Shown here: positions 1 to 12,020 of the stretch, in pieces
Numbering within the stretch: position 1 is the stretch's first letter
Layout of the letters: every line of letters starts with the position of its first letter
Assembly (NCBI GenBank): GCA_964016885.1
Contig: OZ024745.1
Coordinates: 80,166,001-80,230,000, forward strand
Origin: Eledone cirrhosa
Lineage: Eukaryota
Length of the DNA: 64,000 nucleotides
Reading direction: 5' to 3'
The notes under the pieces: generated by a model
The model's database searches: none
What the model was told of the DNA's origin: nothing
The model's input: the letters and a program-made list of their open reading frames with translations, nothing else
Made by a program: the position numbers and the translations under genes

Positions 1-1908
1 CCAGGTCATGAAGGTCACGGAAAAAGTAATAGCGCAACTAATCAGAGAGAGAATTGATCTAGATGAAATGCAGTTCGGATTTGTGTCAGGCAAAAGTACC
101 ACAGACGCTCTTTTCATTGTACGACAACTACAGGAGAAGTACCTAGCTAAAAGTAAACCCCTATACTTAGCTTTCGTCGACTTGGAGAAAGCCTTCGACA
201 GAGTCCCCCGTTCCATTATCTGGTGGTCTCTTAGAAAACTAGGTGTTGACGAATGGCTTGTGAGAGCTATACAAGCCATGTATAAAGAAACAGTCAGTAA
301 GGCTAGAATTAACAACGAATATAGTGAAGAGTTTAGCGTAAAAGTTGGTGTCCATCAGGGCTCTGTTCTTAGCCCCCTACTATTTATTATTGCCCTTCAG
401 GCTATAACAGAGGAGTTCAAGACCGGCTGCCCATGGGAACTCCTATACGCAGATGATCTAACGCTCATAGCTGAATCAATGACCGAACTAGAGAAGAAAT
501 TCCAAACATGGAAGCACGGCCTAGAATCAAAAGGCCTTAAAATTAACCTGGCTAAGACAAAAGTTCTAGTTTGGAGGAAAGAAAATATGGCGGCAGTCCC
601 ATCTGGGAAATGGCCATGCTCAGTGTGTAGGAAAGGCGTAGGTAGAAACTCCATTTTATGTCCCAAATGCAAAGTATGGGTACATAAAAGATGTAGTGGG
701 ATCACAGGTAAGCTAACTAAGAACATAGATTTTACATGTGGCCGGTGCTCTGGTGCAATAAGTAGCAGCAAGTGCCCACAAAATACTAGCTCCTTCAACT
801 GCGCAGAGGGTTCTATAGAAATAGTGGACAGCTTCCGTTACCTGGGTGACAAAATCAGCAGTGGGGGAGGGTGCTCTGAAAGTACAGTAGCTAGAGTCAG
901 AACTGGATGGAAAAAGTTCAGAGAGCTTATACCACTATTAGCCGCTAGAGGGTTCTCCCTAAAAATGAAAGGCAGGTTATACGATGCCTGCATACGAACA
1001 GCAATGCTGCATGGCAGTGAGACCTGGGCATTGTATGCAGAGGATATACGCAGACTAGAGAGGAACGAAGCTTGCATGCTCCGCTGGATGTGCAATAGTA
1101 ATATACGTGAACGGCAAAGCATAAACGAACTAAGGAAAAAATTAGAAATAAGAGGGATCAGATGTTGTTTACTCGAGAGAAGGCTACGTTGGTACGGTCA
1201 CATGATGCGCATGAAAGACGACAGCTGTATAACAAAGTGCAGGGCAATAAAGATAGACGGTAGCCACGGAGTAGGCAGACCCAGAAAAACATGGGACGAG
1301 CTGATAAATTCCGACCTCACACGCTTACACCTCTCCAAGACAATGTCACTGGACCGAGACCTTTGGCGGTACTCAGTAATAGAGAAGACCCGCCTTACCT
1401 AAATACAAAGTAAAAACCTACTACAGTCAGTAGGCATCTCTATCAAAACACCCCCCCGTTCCACCACCTCCACCCCATCCACACCGCCCCTTTCAATGTA
1501 CAGTTATGTTGGTCCCACAACATCCAGGCCGAAACAAATGAGATCGTGTAGGTGTCACGACAAAAAAAAACACACAGTTCACGCTGTAAATGTGGCCGTG
1601 TAGGCAACACGGTAAAAACCTCCCAGCCCCATACTGTAAATGTGGTTGGTGTTAGGAAGGGCATCCAGCTGTAGAAAACCCGCCAGACAGTCCACGCTGT
1701 AATGTGGCCGTGTAGGCAACACGGTAAAAACCTCCCAGCCCCACACTGTAAATGTGGTTTGTGTTAGGAAGGGCATCCAACTGTAGAAAACCCGCCAGAC
1801 AGTCCTATGCGAGCAAGACAACCACTCTTGCCTCAAGTGGGACTACCCCCGTCCAAACCCATGCAAGCGTGGAACACGGACGTTAAACGTTGATGATGAT
1901 GATGATGA
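1..1908 (+). mobile_element. RTE-clade LINE (family A), 3' part: RT, 3' UTR with internal duplication, (GAT)n tail
   Basis: ORF 8-1402 has RT motifs QFGF, FVDLEKAFD, GVHQGSVLSPLLF, YADD, FRYLG and RLRWYGH. The 3' UTR has a ~115-bp direct duplication and ends in (GAT)n. Cut by the window edge. Confidence 0.95.
8..1402 (+). CDS. RTE reverse transcriptase, C-terminal part, with inserted C4HC3 PHD-like finger
   Basis: Uninterrupted 464-aa ORF; CSVC..CPKC..HKRC..CGRC lies between the KTKV and FRYLG motifs. Confidence 0.9.
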   Translation: MKVTEKVIAQLIRERIDLDEMQFGFVSGKSTTDALFIVRQLQEKYLAKSKPLYLAFVDLEKAFDRVPRSIIWWSLRKLGVDEWLVRAIQAMYKETVSKARINNEYSEEFSVKVGVHQGSVLSPLLFIIALQAITEEFKTGCPWELLYADDLTLIAESMTELEKKFQTWKHGLESKGLKINLAKTKVLVWRKENMAAVPSGKWPCSVCRKGVGRNSILCPKCKVWVHKRCSGITGKLTKNIDFTCGRCSGAISSSKCPQNTSSFNCAEGSIEIVDSFRYLGDKISSGGGCSESTVARVRTGWKKFRELIPLLAARGFSLKMKGRLYDACIRTAMLHGSETWALYAEDIRRLERNEACMLRWMCNSNIRERQSINELRKKLEIRGIRCCLLERRLRWYGHMMRMKDDSCITKCRAIKIDGSHGVGRPRKTWDELINSDLTRLHLSKTMSLDRDLWRYSVIEKTRLT

Positions 1909-1924
1909 TATATATATATACATA

Positions 1925-2258
1925 TCATCATTTCATTTTACGTCCGCTTTTCCCTGCTTGTAAGGGTGGGACGGGAACTGATTCTGGCTTGATTTCTACA
2001 GCTGGATGCCCTTCCTAACACCAACCTCATTTACAGTGAGTGCTGGGTGCTTTTTTGCCGTGGCCCCTCCACGACCACTTTACAGTGGAATGATATGGAC
2101 CACAGTCCCTATCATCTCATTTTTACAGCTGAGTAAATTGGAGCAATGTGAAATAAAGTGTCTTGCTCAAGGAAACAACACATCACCCGGTCCGAGAATT
2201 GAACTCACAACCTTTCGATTGCAAGGCCAATGCTCTAACCACTAAGCCATGTGCCTCC
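1925..2258 (-). mobile_element. tRNA-derived SINE with CORE-like central domain and RTE-derived 3' tail
   Basis: Minus strand shows A box TGGCTTAGTGG, B box GAGTTCAATTC, then CCTTGAGCAAGACACTT, then a tail shared with the RTE 3' UTR. Partial copies at 7348-7580 and 31388-31598. Confidence 0.75.
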
Positions 2259-2375
2259 ATGTATGTATGTATGTAGGTATGTATGTAGGTAGGTAGGTAT
2301 GTAGGTAGGTAGGTAGGTAGGTAGGTAGGTAGGTAAGTAGGTATGTATGTATGTAGGTATGTATATATGTATATA

Positions 2376-2452
<77 letters not shown>
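2259..2452. repeat. Compound microsatellite (ATGT/AGGT)n followed by (TA)n
   Basis: Directly visible. Confidence 0.95.
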
Positions 2453-2454
<2 letters not shown>

Positions 2455-3124
2455 TGACACACCATTAATGGGCCTACACACATCCTCTGGTTTTCACTAT
2501 CCTGTGTTTTCTTACTTCATCTTCTATGCTGAATAACACACCTCCACCACTCAAACAACTATCTTAAAAGCTCATTGGCCCATGTGGCGGGAGATCGCAC
2601 TTGCGGACTCATTTACCCAATACCCAACCCTACTTAGAGCCCTTTGCCGGCCCACATTGCAGCTGCTTGCACGCACGGATTTGGTGACACGGATTCTCAA
2701 CTGGACAGCGGTACACAAGGAGTTCGACATGAGCTGATTGCTTGCTCTTCACATGGATGTGTATATACCCGGCCATCTCCCCCCCCCCCCCTTCGGTGTG
2801 TGTTGGGGGTGTGTGTGCCCACCCACGCTAATTCTGCGGTTTAATACTGTGTTTATGTGTGTATATATATGTATATACACCGATGTATGCGGGTGTGGAG
2901 TGTGTGTGTACCCACTCACTTCTAACTGTGACTGACTGCATCCCTACGGATTTGTTTGATGTCCAGCATTTTTTGCAGCGATAGAAGTCTGAAAACTTTT
3001 ATGACCTCAACTAAAGCTAATAGCAGACGCCTTATCTCTGACTGACTGGTGTGTCTTCATATGAGGGAATGAATTATGTGAGAGAACATCGTTCTTTTTC
3101 TCCCCCATATCAAGAATTTGAAGA

Positions 3125-3219
3125 CAATTCATTTTCACCTGATGAGATCAGTGATAATCGATCATGGCTTCACAATCGATCTATCTCTTATTGAAACATG
3201 TGTCGTGATTAAATGATTG
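3125..3219 (+). ncRNA. Type I hammerhead ribozyme in a Penelope-like remnant
   Basis: Stem I TCAC/GTGA extended by CATTT/AAATG; CTGATGA 3139-3145; long imperfect stem II 3146-3192; GAAAC 3193-3197; palindromic ACATGT stem III; GTC triplet ending at 3204. Confidence 0.7.
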
Positions 3220-3382
3220 GAATTTTACCTTGCCTTCGGATTTTCATTTTGATACTTATATTCCGTTTTACATCATATAGCTGTTCCCTCGAATGGAATT
3301 GGAGATATACAAAAGCGTGGAGAACTTAATATATATTACTAACAAAGTTATTGGACCATTTTACACAACCAATATTGCACCT

Positions 3383-3446
<64 letters not shown>

Positions 3447-3755
3447 GTACAGCAGAACACTGAACTGAACTTACTTGCGCGCACGCGCGCATGTGTGTGT
3501 ATATATATGTGTGTAGCGTTGGTTAACCCAATATTTCCGATTTACATCGTCAAATTGAGATTTGACTGACATAACTTCTGTTGCTTTGCGAACTAACTTT
3601 TCGGTGATTGCTGTGTTGGTACATTCTTATATGTGCTTTTTCTCGGATATCGCTTCGGTGTGTGTTGGGGTGTGTGTGTACCCACCCACGCTAATTCTGC
3701 GGGTTTAATACTGTGTTGATGTGTGTATATATATGTATTTATTTTTCTTTGATGA

Positions 3756-4046
3756 TTGGACACACGTTTTCGTTCGAAACGACACCATCTTCGACCTCCA
3801 TATTCTGGCCCTTATCGTGTTCTAAAAAAATATCCGAAATATTTTATTCTCGATCTAGATGGTAAACAGAATTCTGTCAGCGTGGACAGATTAAAAAAAG
3901 CCATCATGGATACTGTTACAGTCTCTACACCAGAAACTCCAACAGATTGCTGTCTCAGCGAGCCACTTGTTTCATCTCCAGTCACGAGAAGCGGACGACG
4001 CGTCCATTGGCCCGCAAAGTTGGCACAATATGTGAATTACCGTTAA
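3756..4046 (+). mobile_element. Ty3/Gypsy integrase C-terminal (GPY/F) fragment
   Basis: LRPPYSGPYRVL...VSVDRLKKA...TRSGRRVHWP motifs. Confidence 0.8.
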
Positions 4047-4212
4047 CCTCAAGTGAGTTTCTTAATCATTCTTCGTGCAAAGCATTTCCATTTTTCTTGT
4101 GTTTACTATTTCCAGTTTCAAATACAATGAACTTTCTGCTTGAACAATTGCAATTTTTAGTGACCATGTGCTCATGTCACGAAGAACATTATTTATTATG
4201 AACATTATTTAT

Positions 4213-4395
4213 AGTTGGCAGTATCGGTAGTGTGTCGGACATGCTTTCCAGCATAGTTACGTCCCTTTACGATCTGAGTTCAAATCCCGCCGAGGTTAAC
4301 TTTGCCTTTCATCCTTACGGGGTCGATAAAATAAAGTACCAGTAATATACTGAAATAATTGCTGGCCTTGTGCCAAAAGTAGAAACAATTATTTA
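4213..4395 (+). mobile_element. Abundant tRNA-derived SINE (GCCTTTCATCC..GGGGTCGATAAAATAAAGTACCAG family)
   Basis: B box GAGTTCAAATCC plus conserved body. Other copies near 7090-7330, 8163-8335, 9170-9812, 19890-20075, 22463-22638, 33404-33595, 34755-34945, 38060-38255, 45181-45368, 47391-47582, 54491-54700 and 57120-57320. Confidence 0.9.
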
Positions 4396-5151
4396 TTACA
4401 AACACTATTTAAGAACAAACATTGTGTATATCATTGTGTATAACATTTTTTTTTTTCTTCTCTCTCTTGTTTTGCAAAATTTGTATTTTTCTTGTTCTGT
4501 AACATTGATTGTGTAATTGCCATAATTTTTATATACATACAAGGCGTGTACATATTCTGTTTTTCATGCACACTACAAAACCACATTTGTTTCACCTTTT
4601 GGTTCATACACTGAGCAATAGATATTTGTGTCCCTCTAACTCTTACACTACAAAATGTTTTCTCTGTGATCACGCATTTCACAAATCACAACCTCAAAAC
4701 ACTGGCTTTCTGTTTTCACGTACACATTCACTCAATAGCTCGAGAATACCTCGCTATTTTTTTACCACATGCATTCGCTCAAGTCATATGCTGTGGAGCA
4801 AGCTGTTACCTTTAGGCAGCATGCTTACGGCCATTCAGTTCACACATTACGGTTATCTTCACTGCCCGTTTAGACTTTTTGTCACGCAATTCCCAGGCAG
4901 CTCAACCGAAATTGCAACAGGCTCATTCATCACGCCTGCATAAATCTGGTCAAAGTCATTTTATAGTTTATTTCTTTTTTCTCTTCCTGACACACACATC
5001 TCTACATCGACTCTGTCCTGTACTCGATGATCACAAAATTTCACAACGTGCTGGACAATCCTGGGGCTTTTGTCATGACAAATGCACCACTGGCCCATTC
5101 CTATACGATATTTCGCTCTTTTGTTGTACAAAAGAACTGGCAGGGAGCTAA

Positions 5152-5708
5152 TGTACAGCCACCGGAAATAACAGCTGTGAAATATACAGCGCCATCTACC
5201 TGTTAGCTAGCTACTCAACGTGAAACAAAAGAACCCTTAGAACCTACCCTACCAGAATTAGAACCTACTAGAATTAGCCTACACATCGACTAAACAACAA
5301 AGGGTTATTCCTGTATAAATAGAGTGGTTCCTAACACTTTCGCTAGTCGACTTTTGGCAGAGTCAGCTACCGCATCGTTGTTCCTTTACTCTGCCACGCT
5401 TTGTCACTCACACACGCATTGCCTTGTACCACGTATCGTTGTTCCTTTACTCTGCCACGCTTTGTCACTCACACACGCACTGCCTTGTACCACGTATCGT
5501 TGCTTCATGTGAAAATAAATAGCTGATCGAATTTACATCTCGCTTTGCTTCGTCCTTTCAACTTGTGCTTTCGTCTGTCCATCCTCAACAGTTCTTTTAA
5601 GGGCTATCTTCATATCTGATCAGACCGTATGCGATAATAGTCCTTCTAAGGACTATTCTCGGATCTGATCAGAAGTAGTGACTAGACTGACCAACCAGCG
5701 TCATTACA
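5152..5708 (+). mobile_element. Possible solo LTR with 61-bp internal tandem duplication
   Basis: TG...CA ends, TATAAATA near 5314, AATAAA near 5514, 61-bp repeat at 5374-5434 and 5435-5495. No clear target-site duplication (TSD). Confidence 0.45.
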
Positions 5709-5774
5709 AAAGTCATGTATGCCTGTTTGTTTGTTTTTTTGTTGTTTTCCTTTGTGTCATCTATTTTAAGCAAC

Positions 5775-5856
5775 GGGGATTTCCCGGCGTTAGTTATATA
5801 AATACCACAAACTTAACTTTAGTTTCTTTCTGTAGTCAGCGCTCTAAATCGTAAGT
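5775..5856 (+). promoter_or_regulatory. Candidate IAP promoter and short non-coding first exon
   Basis: GGGGATTTCCC (kB consensus) 5775-5785; TATATAAA 5795-5802; TTAGTT Inr-like 5819-5824; donor GTAAGT 5851-5856. Confidence 0.5.
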
Positions 5857-6403
5857 TTATTTATTACTTTCTTTTTTTAATGGTTTCTGCTTTAGGTACA
5901 ATGCCACAAATTTGGGGGAAGGGAAAAGACGATTAAATCGATCCCAGTATTTGACTGGTTTTTTTATTTTAGCGGCCCAGGAAGGATGAAAGGCCAAGCT
6001 AACCTCGACGAGAAGGAAACGACTTTTGATTTAAATCAGACATGAGCAATCTTTTTTCAGCAATGTGGTGCGAAGAATATGCTCTATCATATGCGTTCGA
6101 GACGTTTGGTGGAGTTGGGCCGCTGACAGCGAAGTTCTTGTTATCGTTGACGGCTCACCTGACAGGACCGGATTTAATGGGAGGCAAGGGGGCAATTGTC
6201 TGGGCGCCCTGCAGTGGAGGGCCCCACCAGCGACGGCCGTAGCAATTTATTTGTGCCCCCAGCTAGGGTTTTAGACGGGTTAGACTTTTTGAATTTAATA
6301 CTTGCATGTATAACTTTTCAATTCCAATTACTTGCGCCAAGCTAACTTTGATATGTAAAATTGGTGGAATTTGCTGTGTATTCTAATTTTTTGTATATGG
6401 TGT

Positions 6404-6474
<71 letters not shown>

Positions 6475-7809
6475 CTACGACACACACACACACATATATG
6501 TATGTATACACACATTTATAACGGAATACTTCCTATGTTTTACCGCCTCTGGGACCATCTATTGTGGAAGGTTCCCACCATTGCTTTGTCAAAAGACAAC
6601 GATGATTAACGTACATACTACTTGACCTGTGACCCCAGCTTCCTGGGAGACGATATCCACATGCCCATAAATCAACTCATATATACATACTTCTAGCTAT
6701 AAGGTTATTATAAATACAACGACTTAGGTGACCGTTGACGTAAAACGAACACAGTCTTCTCACTATCCACTACACATTTATATATATATACATACACACA
6801 CGTATATATATGAGCCTTCCAGTTTTATTTCAAATTATAAACATGTCTGTGTATATTTTAATTATTTAAAAATTACTTTTAAATGAAGTGAACGTGACCC
6901 AACGGGTCACTGGTGGTCCAGTTGTAAATAAAAATTTGATCTAAAATAAAGGTTCTCAAACTTGTTGGGCCACCCCGCCCCCCATACCGCCGCGTAATAC
7001 CCTCAGCACCGCCACCCATATTTCCAGAGAGACCTGCCTACACACAAATAATATATAATAAATAAAATCGTTAATTTATATATAATAAATAATTGTTTCT
7101 ACTTTTGGCACAAGGCCAGCAATTACGGTACTTTATTTTATCGACCTCGTAAGGATGAAAGGCAAAGTTAACCTCGACGGGATTATAATAAATAATTGTT
7201 TCTACTTTAGGCACAAGGCCAGCAATTACCCAGTGCATTACTGGTACTTTATTTTATCGACCCCGTAAGGATGAAAAGCAAAGTAAACCTCGGCGGGATT
7301 TGAACTCAGACCGTAAAGGGACGTAACTTATAATATAATATATACTATCATCATCATCATTTTACGTCCGCTTTTCCCTGCTTGCAAGGGTGGGACGGGA
7401 ACTGATTCTGGCTTGATTTCTATAGCTGGATGCCCTTCCTAACACCAACCTCATTTACAGTGAGTGCTGGGTGTTTTTTCCGTGGCGCCTACACGACCAC
7501 TTTACAGTGTGGGCTGGGTGCTTTTTTGCTGTGGCATCTCCACGACCACTTTGCAGTGGAATGATAGGGACCCCAGTCCTATACTATATACTATGTATAA
7601 ATAAATATTGTATATTTTTTTATACTCCAACTATAGATTTTTAAATAATTGAAACTATATTTTTTATACTCCAACTATAGATTTCATTTGTTGCCTTCAG
7701 TTGGTTATCTATAAGGAACTCCCACTGCTCCTCTATATCGTATGTCTCTATTTGCTCTTCCTTACTGTCAAGGTGGCAAGCAACATACCTCTAAATTTGT
7801 ATTTTTGTT

Positions 7810-8145
7810 AGAGGTGCCTACTGACTGTAGGCTTCGTCTTATACTTAGGCAAGGCGGGTCTTCTGTATTACTGTGTAGCGCCAAAGATCTCGGTCCAGTG
7901 ACATTGTCTTGGAGAGATGTAAGTGTGTGAAGTCGGAATTTATCAAGTCGTCCCAGGTTTTTCTGGGTCTGCCTACTCCGTGGCTACCGTCTATTTTTAT
8001 CGCCCTGCACTTTTTTATACTGCTGTCGTCTTTCATGTGCATCACGTGTCCATACCAACGTAGTCTTCTCTCGAGTAAACAACATCTGATCTCTCTTATT
8101 CCTAATTTCTCCCTTAGTTCATTTATGCTTTGCCGTTCACGCATA
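7810..8145 (-). mobile_element. RTE family A fragment (end of RT ORF)
   Basis: ORF 7845-8144 is nearly identical to the C-terminus of 8-1402. Confidence 0.9.
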
Positions 8146-9312
8146 TCAATAAAAGCTAGATATAATTGTTTCTACTTTTGGCACAAGGCCAGCAATTACT
8201 CAGTGCATTACTGGTACTTTATTTTATCGACCCCGTAAAGATGAAAGGCAAAGTTAACCTCGGCGGGATTTGAACTCAGAATGGCAAGGGCGTCAAAGCA
8301 TGGTGTCCGACCCTCTACCGATACTGCCAATCCACATAATGGCTTACACTTAGCAAGAAACTTCTCTTGCAGTTGTCTTACTAAGAAGAAGGCATCTGTA
8401 GTGCTCTTTTCTGACAAAACCAAACTGCATCTCATCTAATTTGACTCTAATTAGTTGTGCTAAAACTCTTTCTGTCACTTTCATTACCAGATCCACTAGT
8501 TTTATGCTTCTGTAATTCTGTTAGTACATCTTTAGCAGAGAAAATATTTTGTTGTACTAGCAAGAGAAAATGTAGGTTTAGTTATATGGCAATGTTAGTC
8601 GAAAGTAAATGTAACGTAGAAGAAGTTGTTGAAGTTTAAGTTGTTATTCGGTTGTAAGATTGTCACCATAAAAGAAGAGAATTTGCTGTTGTAGTGATAG
8701 AACCTTGGGAAAAGGATTTTCCCATATCATGTCCAAGGTTATTTTGCCAAATAAAGTGAACAAACAAAATTAAGTGTTATATGCAAAGAAGACGGTTCCT
8801 AGCCGACAGGGCCGATATTTCTTATTACTGTTTCATGTTGGCTAGTTGTTGACACAGTAGGAAAAAATGGAGGTTAACTTCTTGGTGTCAAAGCAGCAAC
8901 TAGTAAAGTGAAACAAAAGAAGCGCGAAAATAATTAATATTCATGCGCGACTTAGGATCTGTTCAAAGTAATCAAATCACGCATGAATAGTTGTTACGCG
9001 CCATGAAATAACTCTGTTACACATCACCTTTATCCTTGTAACAATTAATGACTATACTGATGGGTATGACACTTGATTGATTCTTTGGTAGCCAGTCCCT
9101 CCATCAAATTCTAATAATGTTTCTGAGTATCATTGAGGCTAAGTGCACTAATATTTAATTAATCCCAACGGCGGTAGATTGGCAGTATCGGTAGAGGGTC
9201 GGACGCCATGCTTTCCAGCATAGTTACGTCCCTTTACGATCTGAGTTCAAATCCCGCCGAGGTTGACTTTGCCTTTCATCCTTACGGGGTCGATAAAATA
9301 AAGTACCAGTAA

Positions 9313-9764
9313 TCATCATCATCATCATCATCATCACCGTTTTACGTCCGTTCTTCCACGCTAGCATGGGTTAGACGGGTTGTCCTGTTGTGGGCAGTGT
9401 CTGGTCGGCTGACCATGCCTTGCTCATACAGGAACTGATCTGGCTTGATTTCTACAGCTGGATGCCCTTCCTAACACCAACCTCATTTACAGTGAGTGCT
9501 GGGTGCTTTTTCGTGGCGCCTACACGTCCACTTTACAGTGTGGGCTGGGTGCTTTTTTGCCGTGGCACCTCCACGACCACCTTGCGGTGGGGGGGGGGGG
9601 GGGGCATATTGTTTATATGCTTCAGCATGTACCCATGGGAGGTCGGGTACCCTGTATTACTGCGTGACGCCAGAAGTCACGGTCGTGTGTCATTGACTTT
9701 GAGAGGTGTAGTTGGGTAAGGTCGGCTTTTATCACCTCATCCCAAGTCATCTTGGGTCTCCCCA
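9313..9764 (-). mobile_element. 5'-truncated RTE family B copy nested inside a SINE
   Basis: Reverse complement of about 27490-27926; the SINE resumes at about 9765. Confidence 0.9.
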
Positions 9765-9851
9765 TGAACTGGGTAATTGCTGGCCTTGTGCCTAAAGTAG
9801 AAACAAATATTTAATTAATCTCATATTTTTGCATTTTCTAGGATATAAGCA

Positions 9852-10929
9852 ATGGCCACTCTTACTGAAAGAAAATTTTTTAAAAATCTTAGCACACCTG
9901 CTGGGGATTTACGTTATGAAATTGAAAGATTATTGACGTTTTTTGAAAATATTCATCCAAAGTTAACATCTGTACAACTCTCTGGAAATGGTTATTATTA
10001 CGATACGACAGCAAAAAAAATAATGTGCTATTTCTGTAAAACTGTAGTTAAGTTTTCAGATTCCAGTTTCAAACATGATCATTCGTGTAGATATAAAGTT
10101 GAGAGTTTTCCAGTATATGTATATGATAAAGCAGATGATGAACACGGGGCAGACTTTGCTCAGAGCACTGAGATGCAAGATGAGTGTGTTATCCCAACTA
10201 AAACAGATGATGAAAATGCTGCAGCTTTTAATGCTCAGAGCACTGAGATCCAAACTGATTCTGTAATGCCAACTAATACTGAAAAAGTTAATTCAAATAA
10301 GAATGAAATGCTTGATATGCAAAAAAGACTGGATACCTATAACAATTGGAACAAAAATGTGCCAGTAACACCCACAGATCTTGCCAAGAATGGATTTTAT
10401 TACTTAGGTTATGGAGATACTGTTAAATGTGCATACTGCTCTGTCCAATTGCACAACTGGAAAGAAAATGATGATGTCCATAAAGAACATACACGTTTTA
10501 GTCCGAAATGTCCAAATTTAGAATCTTTTATGAAAATGGATTTGAAATACGAACTGAATCGGATAAAAAGTTTTGTCAAATGGACGACATCTTACCCATT
10601 AAAAGCTAAAGATTTGGCAGCTAATGGTTTCTACCACAAGGGGCCTGCAGATAATGTCTGTTGTATTTTTTGCAAATGTGAAATCAATAATTGGAAAGCA
10701 GGTGATAACATTAAAGAAAAACATAGGTCAGTTTCTCCGAACTGCCCTTTCTTGTGTGAGAAATTGGTAGGTAATGTACTAATACAAGCTCGGAGTAACA
10801 TTCTATTTGACCGCCCTACACATCCAAATCTTGCTTTGTTAAGTGAACGCCTTAAAACATTTTCTTTGTGGCCAAAGGATAAAAAGCAAAAACCAGAAGT
10901 TTTAGCAGAAGCTGGTTTTTTCCATAATG
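9852..10929 (+). CDS. IAP coding exon 1: degenerate BIR1, duplicated linker, BIR2, BIR3, first half of BIR4
   Basis: Acceptor ttttctAG at 9840-9841; ATG at 9852; BIR motifs RLDTY..W..LAKNGFYY..GDTVKCAYC..W..H..CP and RIKSF..W..LAANGFY..CIFC..H..CPF; phase-1 donor GT at 10930. Confidence 0.95.
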
Positions 10930-12020
10930 GTAGGTGAACACAATTTTTATGTTTTTGTCGTTGATTAATTTTTTTTATAATATTAATTCCAATTTGCTAA
11001 ATTGTATAACATGGTTTTGAATATTTTGTATATTGTTGGTAAATATGGAGCAGTCTTTTGAACTCTTGTGCTGATGTCAGCACTGCATGCTGACCTCTGG
11101 GCAACACATATGTTAATTTTCTTATGTTTCAAATTTTGGCATTGCCCAGTCAGGAGAAGGAAGTCATTTAGAGTTTATCAAAAATAACACTTTTTCCAAA
11201 CCATTCTGCTCTCGTCTCACAAACGAGACACATTACATAATTTTTGCTCCATCAAGCAGAGGGATGTAGCACTTGTAAAAATAACACCAGCCTCTTGACA
11301 TGGTTGGCACTTCTATTAAGATTAGTTCCATGCATCTTGCAAATCAACCACATAAACATAACACACAATTCACTCGATTCTTTGTTATTTTCTTGTGTTG
11401 TCAAAATAGTTTCAACTTCAGTTATTTCTTTTTAAAAAATTATTATAGTAGTGATGTTTGTTATTGTTCATCAGATATTTCTAATGGCTGCTTCACTTTC
11501 AACCTCCAACTTTCAACTACTGACTATGACAAGTACAGCCACACATCTCGATCACTGAGACACACACACTCAATTCATTTGCCATAAGTCACAAACATTC
11601 CCACAGCGCTTATATGGGAAAGAGCAATTCATAGAATCACTCATCAAGCCAACATTACTTTACATCTGCCACACAAAAGTTAACAACAAACTAATACAAC
11701 AATGCCAACCAAAACACCTCACGCTACATCTATAAAACTTTCATTTACTACAAATATACATTGACATAATAACTAAGAAAGATTTGAGGGGATCAAATTA
11801 TTAACCCTACCCTGATGTCTATGTGCAAAATAACACATTCAACATCAAACGTATAAAGTGCCTGTTGGAGATCTTCTGATAAGTTGACTAATACCATGTC
11901 ATCTACAAATTTCAACTGACTGATCCTACACCTGCCCGTCGTGGTACCACTTCCAACCCATCTGCGCATGTCAATCCAATTCATGAAAATTATGAACAGG
12001 AGAAGTGACAGTATGCACCC

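Noticed and set aside
2185-2258. tRNA gene
   Set aside because: A tRNA-like head continuous with a SINE body; no complete acceptor stem evident.
2235-2483. YIYI/HTH-type ORFs here and at 3351, 6361 and 33678-34671
   Set aside because: Translations of microsatellites.
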